NCBI GenBank assembly: GCA_963702205.1
Contig: OY969724.1
Location: 2,400,001 to 2,464,000 of the forward strand
From: an uncultured candidate division Zixibacteria bacterium
GTDB taxonomy: Bacteria > Zixibacteria > MSB-5A5 > GN15 > PGXB01
Length of the DNA stretch: 64,000 bases
Reading direction: 5' to 3'
Shown here piece after piece: positions 10,074 through 19,314 of the stretch (positions within the stretch are counted from its first letter, which is position 1; each line of letters begins with the position of its first letter). The notes under the pieces are model-generated. The model made no database searches, had not been told where the DNA came from, and worked only from the letters and a program-made list of their open reading frames with translations. The position numbers were made by a program, and so were the translations under genes.

Positions 10074-10834
10074 AAAATAATATTAATGCCGAAAAAATTC
10101 GGGGCGTGATTTTTGACCTCGGCTCAACCCTGCTCGAATACGAAACCATCCCCTGGGACGATCTAAGCCTGCTCTGCCTCGACGCCGGTTATGAATTTCT
10201 TGAAAAATCCGGATATTCTGTCCCGGACAAAGGTGACTTTATCGAGAAGTACATTGCCATACGAAAGAAATATCGCAAGCTGGCGGGGGAGACACTCGAC
10301 GAATGGATCATCACCGACGCCATAGGTGACCTCCTTTCGGCTTTCGATCTGAACGGCAGCGCCTCGCTGGCCGAAGATTTCTTCGCGGCTTATCATGTCC
10401 CTCTGGCGCGGCAAGTGACCATGTTTGCCGATACCCCGACCGTGCTCCGGGCGCTGAAATCCGGCGGTTACAAAATCGGACTCGTATCAAACACGATATT
10501 TCCTGAAGACGCACATGTTGAAGAATTGAAAAAATACGCGATTTTCAAGCTGTTCGATTTCACAATGTTCTCTTCTTCGTTCGGCAAACGCAAGCCCCAC
10601 CCGGAAATTTATAAACGGGCCACGGAACTGATCGGACTTGCGCCGGAAGAACTGCTTTTTGTCGGAGACCGCTACATCGAGGATTACCGCGGGCCGATAG
10701 ATTTCGGAATGCAGGCGATGATCAAATACCGCGAAGGCCGGGTCTATCCCGACCCCATGCCCGATAATGTCACCGTCATTCGTGCCCTCGTGGGATTACT
10801 GGATTATCTCGACTTGAAAATTGACGATAATTAA
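10070..10834 (+). CDS. HAD-superfamily hydrolase
   Basis: IFDLGSTL, VSNT, RKPHPEIY, FVGDRYIED. Confidence 0.88.
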   Translation: MKNNINAEKIRGVIFDLGSTLLEYETIPWDDLSLLCLDAGYEFLEKSGYSVPDKGDFIEKYIAIRKKYRKLAGETLDEWIITDAIGDLLSAFDLNGSASLAEDFFAAYHVPLARQVTMFADTPTVLRALKSGGYKIGLVSNTIFPEDAHVEELKKYAIFKLFDFTMFSSSFGKRKPHPEIYKRATELIGLAPEELLFVGDRYIEDYRGPIDFGMQAMIKYREGRVYPDPMPDNVTVIRALVGLLDYLDLKIDDN

Positions 10835-10849
10835 TACATACTTTATATT
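10821..10849 (+). promoter_or_regulatory. Putative sigma70 promoter of cysS
   Basis: TTGACG-N17-TATATT. Confidence 0.5.
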
Positions 10850-10893
10850 TATATCTGACCTGTTAATTGATATAGCATAAAGGCAGGATATTT

Positions 10894-12291
10894 ATGGCCC
10901 TCAGTTTTACCAATACTATGACCCGCAGGAAAGAAGAGTTTCAACCTATCGATGATAACCACGTCCGAATGTATACGTGCGGTCCGACCGTTTATGACTT
11001 TGCCCATATCGGCAATTTCAGGACATATATGTTCGAGGATCTTCTGCGTCGTTACTTGAAGTACAAAGGCTATCAAGTGACCCAGGTCATGAACGTGACC
11101 GATATCGACGACAAAACCATCAAGGGTTCAATTGTCAAAGGTATTACACTCAATGAATATACCAGGCCGTACATTGACGCCTTTTTCGAGGACCTGGATA
11201 CCCTCCAGATCGAGAGGGCGGAGGTTTATCCCGCCGCAACCAAACACGTCGATGAGATGGTCGACATCATAAAATCCCTGAAGGAGAAGGGGATCGCTTA
11301 CGAAGTCAACGGCAACTATTATTATTCCATCGCCAAATTTCCGGAATACGGCAAGCTTTCGCATATTGATTTGAGCGGTCTCAAAGCCGGGGCGCGGGTT
11401 TCCTCGGACGAGTATGACAAGGAGTCGGTTTCCGACTTTGCGCTCTGGAAAGCATGGGACGAAAACGACGGCGATGTATACTGGGAAACTGAACTGGGCA
11501 AGGGTCGTCCGGGGTGGCATCTGGAATGTTCGGCCATGTCGATGAAATACCTCGGCAAGACGTTCGACATTCACTGCGGCGGCGTGGATAATATATTCCC
11601 GCACCACGAAAATGAAATCGCCCAGTCCGAGGGTGCCAACGAACAGCCGTTCGTACGCTTTTGGCTGCATTCGGAGCATCTCATCGTCGAGGGACGAAAA
11701 ATGTCGAAGTCGTTTAACAACTATTTCACGTTGCGCCAGATATTGGAAAAGGGTTATTCACCTGTCGCCGTGCGGTACGTACTTATTGCCACTCATTATC
11801 GTCAGCAGTTGAATTTCACTTTTGACGGACTCGATGCCGCGGCCAATGCATTGTCACGGTACAATGATTTCTATGTGAACCTGTCCGACTATGAAGGGGG
11901 TAAATCATCGGGTGAAGCCGAGGCCGTGATTGATAAGTGCCTTAGGGGCTTCGAATCAAACCTCGATGATGATTTGAATATTTCCGGCGCACTGGGCGAG
12001 GTCTTTGATTTTATCCGGGATACCAACCGCCTCAAGGCCGACGGTAATCTGTCTCTCAATGAAAAAGACAAGGCCTTGAAAACCCTCGATCAAATTGACG
12101 GTGTTCTGGGCTTTTTGATGAAGGACGAAGGCGACCTCGAAACCGAAGTCATGGATGCGATCGAGCGCCGCAACGCCGCGAGAAAGGCCAGGGATTTCGC
12201 TCTGGCCGACCGCATCCGCGACGAGCTTCTGGAACGGGGGATTATCCTCGAGGATTCTCCGTCCGGGACAAAATGGAAAAAGAAAATATAA
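10894..12291 (+). CDS. cysS: Cysteine--tRNA ligase
   Basis: CGPTVY..AHIGN, DFALWK, GRPGWHLECSAM, FPHHENE, KMSKS. Confidence 0.98.
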   Translation: MALSFTNTMTRRKEEFQPIDDNHVRMYTCGPTVYDFAHIGNFRTYMFEDLLRRYLKYKGYQVTQVMNVTDIDDKTIKGSIVKGITLNEYTRPYIDAFFEDLDTLQIERAEVYPAATKHVDEMVDIIKSLKEKGIAYEVNGNYYYSIAKFPEYGKLSHIDLSGLKAGARVSSDEYDKESVSDFALWKAWDENDGDVYWETELGKGRPGWHLECSAMSMKYLGKTFDIHCGGVDNIFPHHENEIAQSEGANEQPFVRFWLHSEHLIVEGRKMSKSFNNYFTLRQILEKGYSPVAVRYVLIATHYRQQLNFTFDGLDAAANALSRYNDFYVNLSDYEGGKSSGEAEAVIDKCLRGFESNLDDDLNISGALGEVFDFIRDTNRLKADGNLSLNEKDKALKTLDQIDGVLGFLMKDEGDLETEVMDAIERRNAARKARDFALADRIRDELLERGIILEDSPSGTKWKKKI

Positions 12292-12375
12292 TCGGCCGAT
12301 TTTCATGGTCGTTACACGATATTAGAGCTTGACTTATGGCCGTTATTAAATATTTTAAGGGCCAATTAGCTATAC

Positions 12376-12448
12376 GCCGGCGTAACTCAGTTGGTAGAGT
12401 AGCTGATTTGTAATCAGCCTGTCGGGGGTTCGATTCCCTTCGCCGGCT
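12376..12448 (+). tRNA. tRNA-Thr(TGT), CCA not encoded
   Basis: GCCGGCG acceptor stem; D-arm ACTCAGTTGGTAGAGT; anticodon arm GCTGA-TTTGTAA-TCAGC; T-loop GTTCGATT. Confidence 0.95.
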
Positions 12449-12498
12449 TTTTTAACGGCGAAAGGGAAGAGACCGGGACATAGCTAAGAAAATACGAT

Positions 12499-12580
12499 GG
12501 AGGGGTTCCCGAGCGGCCAAAGGGAACAGACTGTAAATCTGTCGGCGAAGCCTTCGGAGGTTCGAATCCTCCCCCCTCCA
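12499..12580 (+). tRNA. tRNA-Tyr(GTA)
   Basis: GGAGGGG acceptor stem; anticodon arm ACAGA-CTGTAAA-TCTGT; long variable arm; GTTCGAATCC. Confidence 0.95.
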
Positions 12581-12675
12581 TAAAATCAGAAAATTAATCC
12601 AAGTCAATAATTCCGAATCGAAGCAGATCGTTCCGAATTTTGCCGAATGCAAATGCAACGGTCATCCCGTACAAG

Positions 12676-12705
12676 CCAAAGCCCCCGGTTGAATGGGGGC
12701 TTTGG
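12676..12705. terminator. Hairpin between convergent tRNAs and secreted protein gene
   Basis: CCAAAGCCCCC-N8-GGGGGCTTTGG. Confidence 0.65.
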
Positions 12706-12733
12706 AATTTATGCTGAAGAAGTAAAGTTTAGA

Positions 12734-15271
12734 TTACTTCAGGAGCATCATTTTTCTGGTGGCGACTTTATCGCCGGCCTTGACGGTATAGAAGTATACA
12801 CCGCTGGCCAGACCGGTCGCATCCCAGGTTTCGACGACGTCACCGATACCGTGACCGTTGATTTCGTCGACTTTCTGACCCTGGAGGTTGTAGATCGTGA
12901 TGGAATAATCGGTCTCCGAGGGCAGTTCGATGCTGAAGCTGGTGCTCGGGTTGAACGGGTTCGGGTAGTTCTGCTTCAGTGCGAAATCGGTCGGCAAGAC
13001 TGTGGCACTATAGATCTGTCCATAGTAGTCGGCCGCTTCGACGCTGACCAGGGTACCACCGGAAACGTTCAAGACGTTACCGGCCTCAAGCACGTTGTGG
13101 TCCATGCTGTAAACCAGGGCCCGGGTCTGTCCATCGACATAACCGGTCTTGATTTGCATGTTCATGGCCTCATGAGCCAGTGAAACGCTGGCCTGTCCGT
13201 CAAACACAAACAGGGCCGCACCGACCTCTTTGTTGACTCCAACGGTACCGTCACCATAGGAGACACTAAGGTCGCCGCCGGCCGTCAGTTTGGCATACGG
13301 CAGAGCGTCGCCGACGATCACCCGAATCAGGTAAACCAGGTCAGCCACCGAAAGAACAATACCGTCGGCATTGATATCGGTCGCCGCCGTCTGACCTTCC
13401 ACGTTGACCGTGAAGGCCGCCAGGCCGCTGATGAAGTAGTTGGTGAAGACTACCGCATCGGCGATTTCATTGGAAATACCGTTCAGGTTGACGTCGCCGC
13501 GGGCGTCGATGTCTTCCGAACAGATGATGTCGACACCACCGTCACGGAAGATGATCGCTCCCAGCGGGAAGTTCTTGATAACGCCTTCACTGGTTTGTGT
13601 GAAGAAATCATAACAAGTGTCAGCCGGCCCACTGTATCCATAGGTGCCCGGGTCGGTGACCAGATCACCTTCGAAAGTATAAACGGCCTGGCCCAGATAC
13701 AGCCAGTTACCGTTCTCGCTCGACAGGGTATTGTCGGCACAGTCGAGCCAGAAGAAACGGACCGGAACAAACTGACATTCCAACGTCCGATCGTTGGCCA
13801 CGAAGAACTGGATCGTCGCCAGTTCGCCGGGACCGGCCACGTGATTCGGGTTGGTGACGCCGTCATTCTGCTCGCGCAGAGCGACGATGCGCATCATGCC
13901 CGAAGGACAACCGCTGCCGCAGTTCCCGAAAGGACCAAAACGATACGTGAAATATTCAAATTCCGTGTCAATCAGATCGCCCGGAGCGGCCGACATCGCC
14001 GTCAACGCCGAAGCGTCATAAGCTACCAGGAAGTCGAAACCACCCAGCAGATCGACAATGAACGGGCCCGTGTAGGCCGAATCGATAAAGATGGAAACCG
14101 TCGTATAGTGGCCCTGAAGTTGGTCGTGGACCTTCTCAATCGAAACCGCAAAGCCAATCACATGAATCTTATAGCAGGCCGTATCGGCATTCGTCGGACT
14201 GCACGGATCGCAGGTGTTGGCACCGTCGGTCACGCTCACGCACAACGTGAAGTCACCGAGGTAGTCCGGCTCGTTGAGAATGTCCCAGGACCAGGCGCCG
14301 GTCGCGTCATCTAAATCCATCGTTCCGGGACCATCAAAGCTGACCAGTTCGTATAGCAGGCTCGAAGGACCGCCGTCGGGATCGCTGGCATCAACGTCAC
14401 CCGTGAGGGTAACACCCCAGACGGACATAATCGTGTCAGCATCGGCCTGCGGGTTGGTAATCTCCGGAGGAGTGTTCTGGACGCACACATTGAAGCTGCA
14501 GTCGGCGGTCGCGCCGCAAGCATCGGTTACCTGAACCGTAACCTCATGGTCGCAAACGTCGTCGCCACCGGTCTGCCACTGATAATGACCACTCGAATTG
14601 ACCGTGCCCGGACCGGCTGTGACCGCAAAGCTGAGGGCTTCGCAGCCATTAACCAGATCGTCATCGTCAAAGGTCATGTCAGCTTCAACAAGGTCGCCCC
14701 AATGAACAGTCTGGTCGCCCGGACATGAAATGGTCGGAACCTGATTGACCATCGTCACCGTGCCGGCCGTCACCGTCGTCGCCAAAGCTTCGATCGGGTC
14801 GCAGCCAACCAGAGTGGTGGCAAAGTCAATGGAACTGCCGCAGGGTGAGTCGCCGGTCAACGTCGTTGCGTCAACCGTCACCGAGCCGTCACAGACGTCA
14901 GCCATGGTCAGTGAAATCTGACCGACTACCATCGGGAACGAACTCAGACAGGCATCACCCGCGTCAATCTTCATGGCCGCCACGTGAAACGTGCCGGTCG
15001 TCGGTTCCTGTAAGACGCGTTCATTGAGAACCGTCAAACCACTTGCAAAGTCGAAGGCGACCGTAGTATAGTCACCGGAGACTTGAAAGACCAACTCAAA
15101 TGCACTCAGATCCGTAGGACTATCAATCGTCACATTCAGTATCACATCCGTACAGCGCTGGACATTCTTCGATTGAAACGTCACTTCTTGCGCTACCGAA
15201 TAGGAGAATCCGAATACCAGAAGGAACGAGGCCAGCAGTAAAGATATGGTCAATTTTCTTTTTTGCATCAT
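12734..15271 (-). CDS. Secreted Cys-rich protein with cohesin-like, Ig/cadherin-like, dockerin-like and T9SS-type (FlgD-Ig) C-terminal domains
   Basis: Signal peptide; cohesin-like LGGFDFLVAYDASAL; dockerin-like RGDVNLNG..IADAV...TDINADG..SVADLVYL; C-terminal LKQNYPNPFNPST...LASGVYFY...KMMLLK. Confidence 0.82.
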   Translation of the reverse strand: MMQKRKLTISLLLASFLLVFGFSYSVAQEVTFQSKNVQRCTDVILNVTIDSPTDLSAFELVFQVSGDYTTVAFDFASGLTVLNERVLQEPTTGTFHVAAMKIDAGDACLSSFPMVVGQISLTMADVCDGSVTVDATTLTGDSPCGSSIDFATTLVGCDPIEALATTVTAGTVTMVNQVPTISCPGDQTVHWGDLVEADMTFDDDDLVNGCEALSFAVTAGPGTVNSSGHYQWQTGGDDVCDHEVTVQVTDACGATADCSFNVCVQNTPPEITNPQADADTIMSVWGVTLTGDVDASDPDGGPSSLLYELVSFDGPGTMDLDDATGAWSWDILNEPDYLGDFTLCVSVTDGANTCDPCSPTNADTACYKIHVIGFAVSIEKVHDQLQGHYTTVSIFIDSAYTGPFIVDLLGGFDFLVAYDASALTAMSAAPGDLIDTEFEYFTYRFGPFGNCGSGCPSGMMRIVALREQNDGVTNPNHVAGPGELATIQFFVANDRTLECQFVPVRFFWLDCADNTLSSENGNWLYLGQAVYTFEGDLVTDPGTYGYSGPADTCYDFFTQTSEGVIKNFPLGAIIFRDGGVDIICSEDIDARGDVNLNGISNEIADAVVFTNYFISGLAAFTVNVEGQTAATDINADGIVLSVADLVYLIRVIVGDALPYAKLTAGGDLSVSYGDGTVGVNKEVGAALFVFDGQASVSLAHEAMNMQIKTGYVDGQTRALVYSMDHNVLEAGNVLNVSGGTLVSVEAADYYGQIYSATVLPTDFALKQNYPNPFNPSTSFSIELPSETDYSITIYNLQGQKVDEINGHGIGDVVETWDATGLASGVYFYTVKAGDKVATRKMMLLK

Positions 15272-15667
15272 TATAATGCTCCTTTAAAGACTTTAAAGTT
15301 CATTAAAGGTAATAGGTATCTTTCTGCCTGAAACAGTTAATTACGGATTACCTGTTCCATCCGAACTTGTGCTACCGAGGTGTCGGAATTACCCCGAAAC
15401 TTATCCCGTAAACCTCATGGATGACAGATGTAAAGCATGGATGGATAGCGATTGTTAAGGTTCAACAGGATTAGTATTTATGTGAGTTTCTGGAATATCT
15501 GAAGATTACAGGATGTATCTATCTATTAGACCATCTCTAAATCTTGTAAAGGCCATGTCTTGAAGTTCTTTTGTGGACCAACTCTATTTGCTTCTTAGAG
15601 TTGAAAGGTGCTAACCGATTCTTAACAGAAGCGTTTCTTACAACACAACTATTCCCTGGACATCATC

Positions 15668-15695
15668 AAAATAACCACTAACCAACATTTGTCAA
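15668..15695 (-). promoter_or_regulatory. Putative sigma70 promoter of the secreted protein gene (about 390-nt leader)
   Basis: Minus strand TTGACA-N16-TATTTT. Confidence 0.45.
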
Positions 15696-15946
15696 GAACT
15701 TTTATACAATATTACCATAATATGACATGACGTAGTTATGATGCCCGGGAGAATTAGCTAAGATATGGACGGGCAGCAAAGGGGATAGCCCGACCTGAAA
15801 AAGGCCTTAATGAAATTTGCTAACGGCACAAAAAATCGGGAAACTGATTTAAAATCTAATACTAATTTCCTTTCGAAAAATGCAGATGCAAAAATCAACT
15901 TCATGACTTTTGAGATGGGAAAAGGTTTTCTTTCGGGAAGAACAAA

Positions 15947-15962
15947 TGTGACTATAATCACA
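15947..15962. promoter_or_regulatory. CRP/FNR- or Rex-type palindromic operator 1
   Basis: TGTGA-CTATAA-TCACA, a perfect TGTGA-N6-TCACA. Confidence 0.65.
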
Positions 15963-16004
15963 ATATCTGGAGCGAGGATAAATCTGAAAATTCATTCTCG
16001 GGAA

Positions 16005-16032
16005 ATATATTGTGATATTAATCACAATATAT
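16005..16032. promoter_or_regulatory. CRP/FNR- or Rex-type palindromic operator 2
   Basis: ATATATTGTGA-TATTAA-TCACAATATAT, an extended palindrome. Confidence 0.7.
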
Positions 16033-16277
16033 CGATTTTATTCCATTAATTTATAAGCCGTAAGCAACCCCGAAACATGGATAACGTCGGTAATCTATTT
16101 CAGCTGAAAATTAAAAAATCCGCAAGTTCATGACCTGAAATTTACTTCGTATATCATGGGAATTCTGAGGCAGATTTATGATGAAAACCCGGTTCCAACT
16201 GCCGCCCGGCCAGCCTCGAATCGACCTCAATTTTGCCATAATTCGGGCTGACATAAGGCCGGTAGCGACAAAACAGT

Positions 16278-16306
16278 TTGACAAACCGCCCCGGCTGGAT
16301 TATACT
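16278..16306 (+). promoter_or_regulatory. sigma70 promoter of EF-G paralogue
   Basis: TTGACA-N17-TATACT. Confidence 0.75.
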
Positions 16307-16352
16307 AAGCGCCTCAATTGATTATAGGATTGTTCCAAAGGAGGATGACCCG

Positions 16353-18431
16353 GTGAAAGCTTATGCAACGGATCACATAAGAAATATTGCCCTCATCGGC
16401 CAGAGGGGCTGCGGAAAAACCAGCCTGGCCGACGCCATTGCTTACTCATCCGGAATTACGAATCGTCTCGGAAAAGTCGACGAAGGCACCTCGCTTTCGG
16501 ATTTTAAAGATGAGGAAATAAACCGGAAAACGTCCATCGGCCTCGCTATCCTGGCTTGCCCGTGGAAAGAAAAAAAGATAAATGTCGTCGACCTGCCGGG
16601 TCACCCGGATTTCATCGGTGAGCTCCTGGCCGGGATGAACGTCGCCGAGACCGCCGTAATGGTTATCAACGCCACGGCCGGAATTGAGGTCGGCACCGAG
16701 GTCCAGTATAAATATGTTCAGAAATTCAATCTGCCGCGCTTGTTCTTTCTCAATAAAATCGAAAAAGAAAACGTCCGCATCTCGGAAATCATAAATCAAC
16801 TCCAGGAACGTTTCGGTATCAAGGCCGCTCCGGTCCAGCTCCCGATCGGCTCCGGCCTGACCTATAAGGGTATCGTGGACCTGATCAAAATGAAGGGCAT
16901 CACTTTCGACGCCTCCGGCAAACCGTCCGTCGGGGACATTCCCGCTGACATGAAAGACGCCGCCGGAGAAGCTCGCGCCAAGCTGGTGGAAGCCGTCGCC
17001 GAGGCCGATGACGCCCTCCTCGAAAAATTCTTCGAGGCCGGGGAACTGACCCCCGAGGAGTTTCTGAATGGATTCAAAAAAGCTATCAACACGCTGACCC
17101 TGTATCCGGTCCTGATGGGCTCGGCTGACGCCAATTCCGCCGTCCATCAGCTGATGGATTTCATCCTCGAATATCTGCCGTCACCGGCCGATCGTTCGCC
17201 GATCAATCTGCTTAAGGCCGGAAGAGATGAAATCGTCCCGGTCGACGTCGACACCGAGGGCAAACCGGTGGCCTACGTTTTCAAATCGGTCTCTGAGGCT
17301 CATATCGGCGATATATCGTATTTCAAGGTCATCTCCGGTAAAATCGCCCAGGGCCTGGAACTGGTCAATGCCAACCGGTCGTCATCGGAGCGCCTGAGCC
17401 AGATTTATTCGATCTGCGGCAAAGAGCGCAAAGAGGTTTCGGAATGCCTCGCCGGAGATATCGGCGCGATGGTCAAACTTAAATCGACCATTACCGGCGA
17501 CACGCTTTCGCCCAAAGGGCTCGACGTGGTCGTCCCGGACATCGAATATCCCGAACCGGTCATGGATTCCGGCGTCAAACCGAAAAGCAAGGGCGACGAA
17601 GACAAGCTCTCGACCGGACTTCAAAAACTCCGCGACGAGGACCCGACTTTCAAGATTGTCATCGATCCCGACCTGAGACAGACGGTGCTCTTCACGCAGG
17701 GCTCGACCCATACCGATATCATCCTCGGCAAGCTCAAAGAAAAATACAACGTCGAAATCGACCTGTTCAAGCCGAGACTGCCGTTCCGCGAGACGATCCG
17801 GGGCAAGACCGAAATCCAGTACCGCTATAAAAAGCAGTCGGGCGGACGCGGCCAGTATGGCGACGTCCATCTCCGTATCGAGCCCAACGCGCGCGGCGAG
17901 GGATTCGTTTTCAACGATGAAATTAAGGGCGGCGTCATCCCCAACAAGTTTATTCCTTCGGTCGAAAAGGGTGTGGTCGAGGCGATGGCCGAAGGCGGCC
18001 TGTCCGGCTCGCCGGTGGTCGACGTCAAGGTAGCCGTATTTTACGGCTCCTATCACGCCGTCGACTCGTCCGATCAGGCTTTCAAGATGGCGGGTTTGAT
18101 GGCTTTCAAAGAAGGCTTTATGCAGTGCAAGCCGGTCATTCTGGAGCCGGTTTTCAGCGTCGAAATTCTGGTGCCCGATGATTTCACCGGCGACGTGATG
18201 GGTGACATTTCCGGCCGTCGCGGCAAAATCGCCGGCATGGATCCCGAGGGCCGCTACCAGCGCATACGGGCCACTGTACCGCAGGCCGAGTTGTATAATT
18301 ATTCGGTCGATCTGCGCTCAATGACATCGGGGCAGGGCGTTTATACCCGCACTTTCTCGCACTACGAAGAGGTCCCGCACGAAATCACCGAGAAAGTGAT
18401 CGCCGATATCAAGCAATCGAAAGAAGAATAG
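16353..18431 (+). CDS. Elongation factor G paralogue (EF-G2/fusA-like)
   Basis: GGAGG RBS then GTG. IRNIALIGQRGCGKTS, DLPGH, KKQSGGRGQYG, YHAVDSS, LRSMTSGQG; G motifs diverge from canonical EF-G. Confidence 0.92.
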   Translation: MKAYATDHIRNIALIGQRGCGKTSLADAIAYSSGITNRLGKVDEGTSLSDFKDEEINRKTSIGLAILACPWKEKKINVVDLPGHPDFIGELLAGMNVAETAVMVINATAGIEVGTEVQYKYVQKFNLPRLFFLNKIEKENVRISEIINQLQERFGIKAAPVQLPIGSGLTYKGIVDLIKMKGITFDASGKPSVGDIPADMKDAAGEARAKLVEAVAEADDALLEKFFEAGELTPEEFLNGFKKAINTLTLYPVLMGSADANSAVHQLMDFILEYLPSPADRSPINLLKAGRDEIVPVDVDTEGKPVAYVFKSVSEAHIGDISYFKVISGKIAQGLELVNANRSSSERLSQIYSICGKERKEVSECLAGDIGAMVKLKSTITGDTLSPKGLDVVVPDIEYPEPVMDSGVKPKSKGDEDKLSTGLQKLRDEDPTFKIVIDPDLRQTVLFTQGSTHTDIILGKLKEKYNVEIDLFKPRLPFRETIRGKTEIQYRYKKQSGGRGQYGDVHLRIEPNARGEGFVFNDEIKGGVIPNKFIPSVEKGVVEAMAEGGLSGSPVVDVKVAVFYGSYHAVDSSDQAFKMAGLMAFKEGFMQCKPVILEPVFSVEILVPDDFTGDVMGDISGRRGKIAGMDPEGRYQRIRATVPQAELYNYSVDLRSMTSGQGVYTRTFSHYEEVPHEITEKVIADIKQSKEE

Positions 18432-18453
18432 TACATATTTTGATATAGTCCAC

Positions 18454-18482
18454 AAAGGCCCCGAACAGGGGCCTTTTTGTTT
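18454..18482 (+). terminator. Intrinsic terminator
   Basis: AAAGGCCCC-N5-GGGGCCTTT followed by TTGTTT. Confidence 0.85.
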
Positions 18483-18497
18483 GTACGTTGCAAATTG

Positions 18498-18577
18498 GTG
18501 GGCGGCAGATGTCCACATCTGCCCCTTGCCCCGTGCACGTCCAATCGCTCGGGCACTTGTGGACAAGTGCCGCGCAC
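18498..18577. repeat. REP doublet (REPIN-like), left copy
   Basis: GTGGGC-GGCAGATGT-CC-ACATCTGCC and an inverted partner GGCACTTGT-GG-ACAAGTGCC-GCGCAC. Homologous to 22229..22351 in inverted orientation. Confidence 0.75.
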
Positions 18578-18621
18578 CGAATCGTAGCATGGTGGAATGC
18601 GTAGTCCATAAATGCTCATAA

Positions 18622-19203
18622 TTAATAATGACCGTTACGCTTACGGCAAATTGGGTTCGAATTTGAAAAACCGTTTTTGGCTTTACATGTCTTATTGGCC
18701 GGAGAGGATTCTATTCTTTGAAGGCGGCGAAACCAGCGCAACAGACGGGTTATGCGGTGGTCTATTTTGCGTTCGTAGCGAAGAACGTTATAAACCGAGG
18801 TATCGCGGGGGGAAGAAAGAAAGCCTTGTATGCACAGCTGGTGGAGGATGTCGCGGTCCGGGGTGGGGGAGTCGCCGGGTTGTGAGGATGAATGCTTTTC
18901 AAGCAGGGCGGATTCGGCGCGGACGACTCGCCGGGAGCGCCATACGGCGTCGGCGATTTTGGTGACAAGGAAATTTTGATTCGGCGTAGTCGGTTTGAGT
19001 TCGGCGGTCAGCACCTCCACGACGTTTTCATATTGATCGGTGCTTTCATTAAAGCGGGGCGAACTGATAATATGATCGACAGAGCAGATGCCGTGTTTGA
19101 GGGCATTGCGGGATGAGACGGCTTTGCCCTCGGGAGTCCTCGGCCCGGTGGATTTTTGGGCGTTGCGTCGGTTGGCGAGAAGTTGTTTTTTAGAACAGGG
19201 CAT
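18622..19203 (-). CDS. Hypothetical protein of the 'ANRRNAQKSTGPRTPEGK...NALKHG' type
   Basis: AAAGGAG RBS before ATG; recognisable N-terminal motif; function unknown. Confidence 0.8.
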   Translation of the reverse strand: MPCSKKQLLANRRNAQKSTGPRTPEGKAVSSRNALKHGICSVDHIISSPRFNESTDQYENVVEVLTAELKPTTPNQNFLVTKIADAVWRSRRVVRAESALLEKHSSSQPGDSPTPDRDILHQLCIQGFLSSPRDTSVYNVLRYERKIDHRITRLLRWFRRLQRIESSPANKTCKAKNGFSNSNPICRKRNGHY

Positions 19204-19314
19204 AGTGACACTCCTTTTTTGAAAGGGTGCGTCGTGATTTACCTATGGGTTGGTAGGGAAAGTGTAAGAATGGGTGATTTCCTTGTAAGTCGACCAACCA
19301 AGACTTTAGGCAAA

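Noticed and set aside
12376..12733. tRNA-targeted integrated element
   Set aside because: No integrase, and I saw no duplicated tRNA 3' end in the window.
15758..16049. Small ORFs in the AT-rich intergenic region
   Set aside because: No recognisable motifs; they overlap the operator-like palindromes.
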